From the NCBI GenBank assembly GCA_038056715.1, contig JBBUEZ010000004.1:1-37575 (forward strand): DNA of 37,575 bases. Reading direction: 5' to 3'. A program made the translations under genes and the position numbers. Origin of the DNA: Patescibacteria group bacterium. Its GTDB lineage: Bacteria; Patescibacteriota; Minisyncoccia; Phycocordibacterales; JBBUEZ01. The notes beneath the pieces are model-generated. The model did not search any database. It was not told the DNA's origin and saw nothing but the letters and a program-made list of their open reading frames with translations. Positions 23,180 through 31,168 of this stretch are shown here, in pieces (position 1 is the stretch's first letter; each line of letters opens with the position of its first letter).

Positions 23180-25117
23180 ATGCACTATCTCGCTGACCTA
23201 AATGAAGGGCAAAGAGAGGCGGCGCTTCACACAGGGGGGCCACTTCTCATCATCGCGGGCGCGGGCGCGGGGAAAACAAAAACACTCACCAGCCGGATGT
23301 TTCATTTGATCAAATCGGGCGTGCGTCCGTCTGAAATACTTGCGATCACATTCACCAACAAGGCGGCGAAAGAAATGCGCGACCGCGTCGTGCGCCTTAT
23401 TCGGGAAGATAAAACGCTCAATCTTCCGCTTACGTTTAACGAGTTGCCGTTCGTCTCCACGTTTCATGCGCTCGGAGTGCACGTACTCCGCCGAGAATCG
23501 CGTCACCTTGACCTGCCGAAACATTTTACGATCGCGGATGACGACGATTCGCTCTCTGCGATAAAAGAGGCGGTTCTAGAGGCGGGGTTGAGTCCGAAGC
23601 AGTTTGAACCGCGCCGGATGAAAAACGCTATCTCTCGGCAAAAAGGGGAACTCGTCACTATGCAAAAATATGCCGAAGGCGCGGGCACCGAATACTTCCC
23701 GCGCGTGCTGGTACAGGTATGGGAAAAATACGAGCACATTCTGCATGCGCGCAAATCTCTTGATTTTGACGATCTTATTTTAAAAACCGTTCACCTGTTG
23801 GAACAAAATAGGGATGTGCGCGCGGCATATCGGAGTGCGTGGCGTTTTATTCACATTGACGAGTATCAAGACACGAACACCGCGCAATACCGCCTTTCGC
23901 TTCTCCTTGCCGGGGACGAGAAAAATATTTGCGTCGTGGGCGATATGGACCAGTCTATATACGCATGGAGAGGGGCGGACTTCCGCAACATTATGAACTT
24001 TGAAAGGGATTTCCCCGGCGCAAAGACGGTGCTTTTGGAAGAAAATTATCGTTCCACGAAAAACATTTTGGATGCGGCGAATGCGATCATTCAGAAAAAT
24101 ACGGAGCGAAAGGATAAAAATCTATTTACGCGAAAGACCGGCGGAGAAAAGATCGGACTCTACGGAGCCTACGACGAAGAGGATGAGGCGCGTTTTGTTG
24201 CGGAGAGAGCGCAGAAATTGATCGCGAGGGGCGTAGAACCGCGCGAAATTGCGGTCTTATATCGCGCGAATTTCCAATCGCGCGTGCTTGAAGACGCAAT
24301 GCTCCGCGCGGACATTCCATACCAAGTGCTCGGTGTGAAATTTTTCGCGCGCAGAGAAGTGAAGGATGCGCTCTCTTTCGTGCGCGCCGCACTGAACGCG
24401 GAGAGTTCGGCGGATATTGCGCGCGCGGTAAACGTCCCTCCGCGCGGAATCGGAAAAGTAACACTTGCCAAAATGTTGGCGGGACAAGAGGAGAGTTTGC
24501 CGCCCGCGGTACGCGAGAAAATCAGCAACTTCCGCGCAATCCTCTCCGAAGTGCGCGAATATGCACTCTCACGAAAACCTTCGGAGACAATTGCGTTCGT
24601 AATTAAAAGGAGCGGTATGGAAGCGGTGTACAAAGCGGGAACCGATGAAGATCGCGAACGGCTGGAAAATGCATACGAACTTGCGCACCTCGCGGAAAAA
24701 TATGACGGACTCGCGCCGGAGGAAGGGATTATGAAACTTTTGGAGGACGCCGCGCTTGCAAGCGACCAGGATTCGCTCTCGCACGAAAAACCTGAACATA
24801 AAAATGCGGTGCGCTTGATGACAGTGCACGCATCCAAGGGCCTTGAATTCCCGCATGTGTTCGTAACGGGCCTTGAAGATGGCCTCTTTCCGCATGGGGG
24901 ATTCGCAGATAGAGATTCAGCCGACCGCGCGGAGGAAGAGCGGCGACTTTTTTATGTCGCGGTCACGCGCGCAGAACATAAACTTTTTCTCTCGTTCGCG
25001 TCCATTCGCACTGTTTTTGGCTCGCGCCAAGTAAATATCCCTTCAGAGTTTTTGAGTGATATTCCCGACGAATTGCTTGAAGCGGAGGGAGGAGAACGCA
25101 CCGTTTCTTTTAATTAA
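23180..25117 (+). CDS. pcrA: UvrD/PcrA/Rep-family SF1 DNA helicase
   Basis: Motifs are AGAGAGKTKTL (Walker A), DEYQDTN, VGDxDQSIYxWRGA, the YR(S/A)N type and TVHxSKGLEF. The start is at 23180, with TATAGT 7 nt upstream. Confidence 0.9.
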   Translation: MHYLADLNEGQREAALHTGGPLLIIAGAGAGKTKTLTSRMFHLIKSGVRPSEILAITFTNKAAKEMRDRVVRLIREDKTLNLPLTFNELPFVSTFHALGVHVLRRESRHLDLPKHFTIADDDDSLSAIKEAVLEAGLSPKQFEPRRMKNAISRQKGELVTMQKYAEGAGTEYFPRVLVQVWEKYEHILHARKSLDFDDLILKTVHLLEQNRDVRAAYRSAWRFIHIDEYQDTNTAQYRLSLLLAGDEKNICVVGDMDQSIYAWRGADFRNIMNFERDFPGAKTVLLEENYRSTKNILDAANAIIQKNTERKDKNLFTRKTGGEKIGLYGAYDEEDEARFVAERAQKLIARGVEPREIAVLYRANFQSRVLEDAMLRADIPYQVLGVKFFARREVKDALSFVRAALNAESSADIARAVNVPPRGIGKVTLAKMLAGQEESLPPAVREKISNFRAILSEVREYALSRKPSETIAFVIKRSGMEAVYKAGTDEDRERLENAYELAHLAEKYDGLAPEEGIMKLLEDAALASDQDSLSHEKPEHKNAVRLMTVHASKGLEFPHVFVTGLEDGLFPHGGFADRDSADRAEEERRLFYVAVTRAEHKLFLSFASIRTVFGSRQVNIPSEFLSDIPDELLEAEGGERTVSFN

Positions 25118-25120
25118 CAC

Positions 25121-25141
25121 TTTGGCCAAGGCTTAACCTTG
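25121..25141. repeat. REP-like hairpin element, left of the Y1 transposase gene
   Basis: TTTGGCCAAGGCTTAACCTTG matches 17 of 21 positions of 25841-25861 and overlaps the -35 TTGACT. Confidence 0.6.
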
Positions 25142-25175
25142 ACTAAAATAACAGGGTTTGTGATATAATAAACAT

Positions 25176-25883
25176 ATGACGCGAAAAATATCTTTCTCTG
25201 TTGGAGAATATTATCATCTATATAACCGAGGGGTTGATAAAAGAAATATATTTGCAAATAAAAATGACTACGGCCGTTTTACCGCTCTTTTATATTTATG
25301 CAACTCTTCTAAACCGATTAATATAAGCAAACATTTTGATCGAAAACGTTCCTTTCAAGAACTATTCGTGGTGCCACGCAAAAATACCCTGGTCGAAATC
25401 GTGTCATACTGCCTGATGCCGAACCATTTTCATATTCTCGTGTATGAAAAAAGAGAGAGCGGAATTAGTAGGTTTATGCAAAAATTATCAACCGCATACT
25501 CCATGTATTTCAACGTGAAAAGAGGAAGAACGGGAGGATTGTTCGAAGGAACCTTCAAAGCAAAACACATCGACACAAATCCGTATCTGCTTTATGTGAC
25601 TTCGTATATCCACCTTAACCCAATAAAACTTATAGACACAAAATGGAAAGAAAACGGGATTAGAGATAAAAAAGCGGCAAGATCATATTTGCACCAATAT
25701 CCGTATTCTAGTTTTTTGGATTATGTTGGTAAAAAAAGAAAGGAAGGAAACATTATTGAACCGCGTTTCTTACAAGATACGCGCACGCCCAATTCATTTG
25801 AGGAGTTTGTGGGGGAGTGGTTATCAAATGATGCCTCGGATTTGGCCGAGGTTAAGCCTCGGCTAAATAATAAGCAAACCTAA
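25176..25883 (+). CDS. IS200/RayT-like HUH Y1 tyrosine transposase
   Basis: Motifs are YHLYNRG, the HUH motif CLMPNHFHILV, and YIHLNP with a Tyr near the C-terminal helix. TGaTATAAT lies 6 nt before the ATG. The gene is AT-rich relative to its flanks. Confidence 0.75.
   Translation: MTRKISFSVGEYYHLYNRGVDKRNIFANKNDYGRFTALLYLCNSSKPINISKHFDRKRSFQELFVVPRKNTLVEIVSYCLMPNHFHILVYEKRESGISRFMQKLSTAYSMYFNVKRGRTGGLFEGTFKAKHIDTNPYLLYVTSYIHLNPIKLIDTKWKENGIRDKKAARSYLHQYPYSSFLDYVGKKRKEGNIIEPRFLQDTRTPNSFEEFVGEWLSNDASDLAEVKPRLNNKQT
25841..25863. repeat. REP-like hairpin element at the 3' end of the Y1 transposase gene
   Basis: TTTGGCCGAGGTTAAGCCTCGGC has a 7-bp stem and a 5-nt loop. Confidence 0.6.
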
Positions 25884-25896
25884 CACATCTAACACA

Positions 25897-26691
25897 ATGA
25901 AACTGATTCCGAAAAAATCACTTGGACAGAACTTTTTGCGAGCGCCGGCGATTGCGCGCGTGATTGCGGAAACGGCGTGTCCGCTCGGAAACGAAACTGT
26001 GCTTGAAATCGGACCCGGGGAAGGCGCGCTTACGGATGAACTTTTGAAATGTGCGAAAAAAGTTGTCGCTGTTGAGAAAGACGCGCGGCTTATTGAAATA
26101 CTCCAAAAAAAATACGCGCAGGAAATCAGAAACAAAAAACTTGCGCTCTCTCTGAGCGACATATTGTCCCACTCTCCGGAGAAATTCATCCGCGCAAAAG
26201 AATATGTCGTCGCCGCAAATATTCCGTATTACATAACGGGTGCGATTATTAAGCATCTCCTCTCGGCAAAAAACAAACCGAAACGCGTTGTTTTTCTTGT
26301 TCAAAAAGAGGTTGCTTGGCGTATCGCGGCTCGAAAAGGCAGACCGTTCAACTCCGCTCGTGGTAAAGAAAGCGTTCTCTCTATAAGCGTGAAGGTGTAT
26401 GGCACTCCGCGCATCGTGCGAGTTGTCCCCGCGGGCGCATTTTACCCGCGGCCAAAAGTAGACTCTGCGATTATTGTGATAGAAAACATACAGAATCCTT
26501 TCAGAAAAAAAACCGGCGAAGAAAAATTCTTTAAGATACTCAAGTGTGGTTTCGCGCATAAGCGAAAACTTCTCCGAAGAAATCTCGGTGTGACGGGGGA
26601 GACCCTCGCCCTCTGCGGCATTCAAAAAGATACCCGTCCGGAAACGCTATCGGAAAAACAATGGCTCTGTCTTTCAAAAAAAATCGGATAA
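25897..26691 (+). CDS. rsmA: 16S rRNA (adenine1518/1519-N6) dimethyltransferase
   Basis: Motifs are KSLGQNFL, the SAM motif VLEIGPGEGALT, and NIPYYIT. Confidence 0.9.
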   Translation: MKLIPKKSLGQNFLRAPAIARVIAETACPLGNETVLEIGPGEGALTDELLKCAKKVVAVEKDARLIEILQKKYAQEIRNKKLALSLSDILSHSPEKFIRAKEYVVAANIPYYITGAIIKHLLSAKNKPKRVVFLVQKEVAWRIAARKGRPFNSARGKESVLSISVKVYGTPRIVRVVPAGAFYPRPKVDSAIIVIENIQNPFRKKTGEEKFFKILKCGFAHKRKLLRRNLGVTGETLALCGIQKDTRPETLSEKQWLCLSKKIG

Positions 26692-27155
26692 TCTTCCTTT
26701 TTGTATGCACGATTGCGGTTGCGGCCGGTATACAAGGTTTAACCTTGCATAGAGATTGTGTTGGTAGTCCTTGTGCAAGGTTAAACCTTGCACAGGGAAC
26801 AGATACGGAGATGCGGGTTGGGAGAACAGAGGTTCGGGTGGAAATTGCCGATACAGATGCGGAAAGAATGCGCGGACTTTCAGGGCGGGACGCGCTGGGA
26901 GAGAATGCGGGGATGTTTTTTGTATTTGAGCGCACAGGCTACTACGGATTCTGGATGAAAGACATGCGCTTTCCGATTGACATTGTGTGGATAGGAGAGG
27001 ATATGCGCGTTGCCGGCATTACCGAAAACATCTCGCCGGAGACATTTCCGGAGGTCTTTTATCCTCCCGCGCCCGCACAATTCGTTCTGGAAGTCCCCGC
27101 GGGATTTTCTCGTTCAAAAGACATACGAATCGGCAGTCTGCTAAAGATTCGGTAA
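26661..27155 (+). CDS. DUF192-family protein with N-terminal membrane anchor
   Basis: The DUF192 core is VEIADTDAERMRGLSGR..GMFFVF....GFWMKDMRFPIDIVW. It overlaps the rsmA end by 31 nt. Confidence 0.7.
   Translation: MALSFKKNRIIFLFVCTIAVAAGIQGLTLHRDCVGSPCARLNLAQGTDTEMRVGRTEVRVEIADTDAERMRGLSGRDALGENAGMFFVFERTGYYGFWMKDMRFPIDIVWIGEDMRVAGITENISPETFPEVFYPPAPAQFVLEVPAGFSRSKDIRIGSLLKIR
26733..26794. repeat. Two further REP-like hairpins inside the DUF192 coding region
   Basis: CAAGG-tttaa-CCTTG lies at 26733-26747 and TGTGCAAGG-ttaaa-CCTTGCACA at 26772-26794. They encode QGLTLH and ARLNLAQ. Confidence 0.6.
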
Positions 27156-27211
27156 CGGGCTCCAAAAAACCTTTGTTTACCAACGCAAATCTCCGGAAGG
27201 AGACTTCTTCC

Positions 27212-27610
27212 CTAAATGGAGGGGGGTCCCGGACAGAACGGAGGCGGAGGTCCAATCAATGAGGTACCGACTAGTGCATACGTACCCAGCGCGGGAATGT
27301 TAATAAATCCCCAGTTGCAAACCCCCGGCGGAACCGCTTTCCCGAGAACACATGGTCCGGGGCGGTAAATTTGATAAAACGCAAAAAGTTGCGAAACAAA
27401 AGGTATATACATGAAAAGACCGGGTCTCGGAGGACCAATGAGCGTAAGCACGCCATTTGTACAATACAAAACCATCCATATCTTTCCCCCCACGGGAATA
27501 AAAGGTACCGCCGCGCGCGCGTGAGGCACAGTGCTGAAAAAAAAAGAGACCGCAACAACAATACTAAAAAAAAATCGGAGAAGTTTTCTATTCTTGCGTG
27601 TGTTTTCCAT
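27212..27610 (-). CDS. Small secreted Cys/Pro/Gly-rich protein, unknown family
   Basis: The signal peptide is MENTRKNRKLLRFFFSIVVAVSFFFSTVPHARA. The start lies 1 nt after the stop of the upstream gene. Confidence 0.55.
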   Translation of the reverse strand: MENTRKNRKLLRFFFSIVVAVSFFFSTVPHARAAVPFIPVGGKIWMVLYCTNGVLTLIGPPRPGLFMYIPFVSQLFAFYQIYRPGPCVLGKAVPPGVCNWGFINIPALGTYALVGTSLIGPPPPFCPGPPSI

Positions 27611-27611
27611 A

Positions 27612-28475
27612 TTAAAAATAAAGTGTGAATACCATCTGGCGCCGGTTACTCTCGCCGTACTCGTTTTCCACGTACACAAAGATCGGAAACGACAGCGGGG
27701 CAACGCTTGCTTCCGGAGAATATGCGGGGTTTTCTGAAAATGAAACGTTGATTCCGTATTTTTCAAAAAGAGAAGTAATCGGCGCCGTTGAAGTGCTTGT
27801 CGGATCAAACACCAAAATTCCCCGCGTCTCGTCAGATTTCATCCTAGGAAGTGTAACACGCATTGTTTTCCCATCCAATGAGGGGATGTCGCGGATTGCC
27901 GCGTATCCGACATCCACGACGTTCCCGTTTTTTGAAAATCCCTCTCCTTTAATCACAATTTCAGTTCCGTCGCGCGCTTTTGTCGGAAGAATCGTTGAGA
28001 TTCTTGGCGCCGGCACAGCGGCACCACTTCCGGCGAATACTTCCTTTTGCGTTTCTGTGTCCGGCGAAACCGCTCCCCCTTGCGCCGATATCTTTTCGGA
28101 AACAACCGGCGCATATGCGCCCCTGTCGGTGAATACGCTTTCCAACTCATCGCCATCCGCGATTCCGTCTCCGTCGGTATCTTCGTTTGCCGCATCAAAA
28201 CCAAGAAGGGTTTCTTTCCAGTCCGGAATGCCATCCGCATCCGTGTCTTTTTGTATGGCAAGACTATCGGCAAAGATGCTTTGTTCTTCGGATTCCGGAG
28301 TTTCCGCGGGTGTCTTTACTGCAGCCGCTAAACCAAACGGGTTATTTTTTAGGCTATTATCAGCATTCCCGTTTCCCGTCTTCCGCGCCGTCATCAGCAT
28401 GAATCCGAGAGCGCCAAGAAGCAAAGCAAGAATGGCGCCCGAGAGGGCAATTTTTTTTATTTTTTGTCCGGTCAC
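27612..28475 (-). CDS. Membrane-anchored surface protein with thrombospondin type-3-like Ca-binding repeats and an IPT/TIG-like domain
   Basis: It carries DTDADGIPDW and DTDGDGIADGDE repeats and the beta-sandwich-like ISTILPTKARDGTEIVIKGEGF. GTG 28475 is preferred as the start (TATAAT 9 nt upstream); the ORF extends to 28547. Confidence 0.6.
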   Translation of the reverse strand: MTGQKIKKIALSGAILALLLGALGFMLMTARKTGNGNADNSLKNNPFGLAAAVKTPAETPESEEQSIFADSLAIQKDTDADGIPDWKETLLGFDAANEDTDGDGIADGDELESVFTDRGAYAPVVSEKISAQGGAVSPDTETQKEVFAGSGAAVPAPRISTILPTKARDGTEIVIKGEGFSKNGNVVDVGYAAIRDIPSLDGKTMRVTLPRMKSDETRGILVFDPTSTSTAPITSLFEKYGINVSFSENPAYSPEASVAPLSFPIFVYVENEYGESNRRQMVFTLYF

Positions 28476-28569
28476 GGCATTGTCATTATACAGGAGGAGT
28501 CGCCCTATTATCCACATCTGCCACACCCTTCGCTCTACTCCCCGCAATTTGATATAATTTGTAAGATAG

Positions 28570-29568
28570 ATGCGTCATATTAAACCTTACCTGCCAACCA
28601 ATCAATTCATGCGGAACATCGCTGCTGTTTTTTTTGTTGTATTGATGATAGCCGGCGTCCTCTCCCTCGTACGCCGCACGCCTCCGAAACAACAAACCGC
28701 GAACACCGATACGAACGCGCCTATTCAAAGCGCCGGCGACATGCAAAAAGATTCCGATGGCGACGGCCTGAAAGACTGGGAGGAAAATCTCTGGGGCGCC
28801 AATCCGCAAAATCCCGACACCGATGGGGACGGGACCCCGGACGGGGAAGAAATAACGCAAGAGAGAAATCCTCTTGCCGCGGGGCCGGACGATGCGCTCG
28901 CGTCTTCCACGCCGAACATATTGAAAGGAACGAGCGCGCTTGGAGAATCCTCGGGTGGCACATATACGGACCAATTGACACGGCAATTATTCGGCACATT
29001 CATCGCGGCGAAACAGAGCGGGCAGAGCATAAACCAAACCGAGGAAACACAAAAGATATTGAATGACCTTTTCACCGCATATCAATCCGATCAGAAAGCG
29101 GTGTATACTAAAAGCCAGATTGCGACAACAAGCGACAATTCGGCGGCATCATTAAAAAAATACGGAAACACGGTCGGGGCCGCCATTTCAAAAATTTACG
29201 CGGTCGGCGCGCGTGATCTTGAAATAGCGCAGTCCGCGCTCCAAAGAGAAGATCGGGAAGAAATAAAACAGTTAGGTGAGATCGCGGAGGCATATGCGCA
29301 CGCGGCGAAAGGCCTCGCGTCCATCCCCGTCCCCTCTACTGCCGCTTCGCTTCATCTTCCGATTGTGAACGCGATCGCCGGGTTTTCCAGCGCTTTGCGA
29401 ACCATGCAAAAACTCATTGATGACCCTGCGGCAGGCATTGTCGGCATCGGAGAATATAAAAAAAATCTTTCGTTGCTCTCAAAATCGCTTCTTGACCTGC
29501 GCGCGTTTCTCACTTCTCGCGGCATCATATTTGAAAAAGGCGAGAGCGGCTACACACTGGGTATTTAA
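28570..29568 (+). CDS. Membrane-anchored protein with TSP3-like repeats and a helical C-terminal domain
   Basis: The TM is IAAVFFVVLMIAGVLSLV, followed by DSDGDGLKDWEE and DTDGDGTPDGEE. It is transcribed divergently from its paralog-like neighbour. Confidence 0.62.
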   Translation: MRHIKPYLPTNQFMRNIAAVFFVVLMIAGVLSLVRRTPPKQQTANTDTNAPIQSAGDMQKDSDGDGLKDWEENLWGANPQNPDTDGDGTPDGEEITQERNPLAAGPDDALASSTPNILKGTSALGESSGGTYTDQLTRQLFGTFIAAKQSGQSINQTEETQKILNDLFTAYQSDQKAVYTKSQIATTSDNSAASLKKYGNTVGAAISKIYAVGARDLEIAQSALQREDREEIKQLGEIAEAYAHAAKGLASIPVPSTAASLHLPIVNAIAGFSSALRTMQKLIDDPAAGIVGIGEYKKNLSLLSKSLLDLRAFLTSRGIIFEKGESGYTLGI

Positions 29569-29578
29569 TCCGTACCGT

Positions 29579-31057
29579 ATGAGCAATACCATTATTCAGA
29601 AATTTTTCAGCGCCGTCCTCATGGTCTCTTTTGCAGTCTCTTTTGCCGCGGGCGCGTTATTCCCCCGCGCATCTGCACAGGCCGAGGCAGTTGTAGCGGC
29701 GGCGACTGCGGTGATTTCCGTCCCCACATCCGAAATAGGGATCAATGCGGTAAAGGAAGCGATCTTAGACGGTCTTGCGCGTATTGCGGTAAGAAGGCTT
29801 CTCGCTGAGATTACGAAAAGTATCGTGAATTGGATCAACAGCGGGTTTGAGGGCGACCCGTCGTTTCTCGCCAATCCGCAGGCGTTTTTCTTGAATACGG
29901 CAAATCAAATCACCGGAGAAATTATCGCAAAAGTAAATCCCCAGCTCTGCGACATGTTCCGTCCGCAGATTGTGCTAGTGCTCAAAGGAACCCGCTTCGG
30001 CGAACCGTATCAATGCACCGCACTTAAAGTCTTGGACAATATCCGCTCGTTTGTGAGCGATTTTCAGAACGGCGGATGGACCGGGTGGTTCACCATTCTG
30101 CAAGAAGAAAACAATTTCTACGATACCGCGTATCGCGCAAGCGCGGAACAGGCGCGAAAGATTGGTGCGGATAAAGAAAGAAAGCGCGATGAATTGGCGC
30201 AGGGACAAGGATTTCTCTCCATAAAAAAATGCAGAAAATACGACCCTGACTACGTCGCCGCGCAACAAGCGGCGGCGGACAATGAGGACAACGCGGGCGC
30301 GGCAGCGGCATACGAGCTCAGCTCTTTCAAAAGCGACGGGGGTATTCGCGGGTGCGCGAAGGCGGAAGCCGTTACGCCCGGAAAGTTCATCGCGGAATTG
30401 GGCATAAACGCGAACAATATTCCCGTAAACGACCTTATTGCGGCCGACGAGATAAACGAAGCGCTTGTGGCGATTTTCAATGCGCTTATTAATCAAATGA
30501 TATCCCACGGATTTAGTTCGCTCTCCGGAGGAAATGGCGATTCAGGAAACAGCGGAAGCGATTGGACTTCCGCAGACGACGGCACCGGAACGTTTAAGGA
30601 TAAGGTGGAGAACATGAAGAAAAACAAAACCGAGTATTACAATACGCGCAAAGAATCAATCGTCGTACTCAATGAAACGATGAGCGCGGTGGATGAAACA
30701 TATACCTGCTACAGCAGCGACCCGGAGAAGTACGACCAAGAGATAAAAAACATCAACGATATTAAACTTGCCGCCGACCAGACGAAAAAACAATACGAGC
30801 AGGAGATAGTGTTGTTTGACACATACGCCGGAGAGTTTGCCGCGATGGAGCAAAAAGCGGAGAAAGAGAGCCCTACGGCGCTGGACCTCGCAGAAATTAC
30901 AGACGCAATCGGCAAACTTTCTCTGCTTTTCCCGGTGCTCGGAGACTCGGCGCTCGCCGATGCGGCAAAGAAAGACCTCGCCGACCAGAAAAACACGCTC
31001 GCGGAGGTGCGGGCGAGTCTCGCGCTTTGCCGAGGAATCGCGCCCGCACTGCCGTAA
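29579..31057 (+). CDS. Large secreted protein, unknown family
   Basis: The signal peptide is MSNTIIQKFFSAVLMVSFAVSFAAGALFPRASAQA. The start was trimmed from the ORF-track 29417, which overlaps the previous gene. Confidence 0.62.
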   Translation: MSNTIIQKFFSAVLMVSFAVSFAAGALFPRASAQAEAVVAAATAVISVPTSEIGINAVKEAILDGLARIAVRRLLAEITKSIVNWINSGFEGDPSFLANPQAFFLNTANQITGEIIAKVNPQLCDMFRPQIVLVLKGTRFGEPYQCTALKVLDNIRSFVSDFQNGGWTGWFTILQEENNFYDTAYRASAEQARKIGADKERKRDELAQGQGFLSIKKCRKYDPDYVAAQQAAADNEDNAGAAAAYELSSFKSDGGIRGCAKAEAVTPGKFIAELGINANNIPVNDLIAADEINEALVAIFNALINQMISHGFSSLSGGNGDSGNSGSDWTSADDGTGTFKDKVENMKKNKTEYYNTRKESIVVLNETMSAVDETYTCYSSDPEKYDQEIKNINDIKLAADQTKKQYEQEIVLFDTYAGEFAAMEQKAEKESPTALDLAEITDAIGKLSLLFPVLGDSALADAAKKDLADQKNTLAEVRASLALCRGIAPALP

Positions 31058-31168
31058 TCAGCCAATGTTTGCGATATGCATGAAAACAACAGTTCGCGAA
31101 TTATGCGAATACGGACGAGACCGGATGAGAAATGAAGCGCGATACTATATAATCAAGTGTACGATTCC

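Noticed and set aside
27625-28557. 310-aa plus-strand ORF.
   Set aside because: It is antisense to the TSP3/IPT protein gene. Its Ser/Ala/Pro-rich translation has no start context, whereas the minus-strand frame carries recognisable Ca-binding repeats and a TM anchor.
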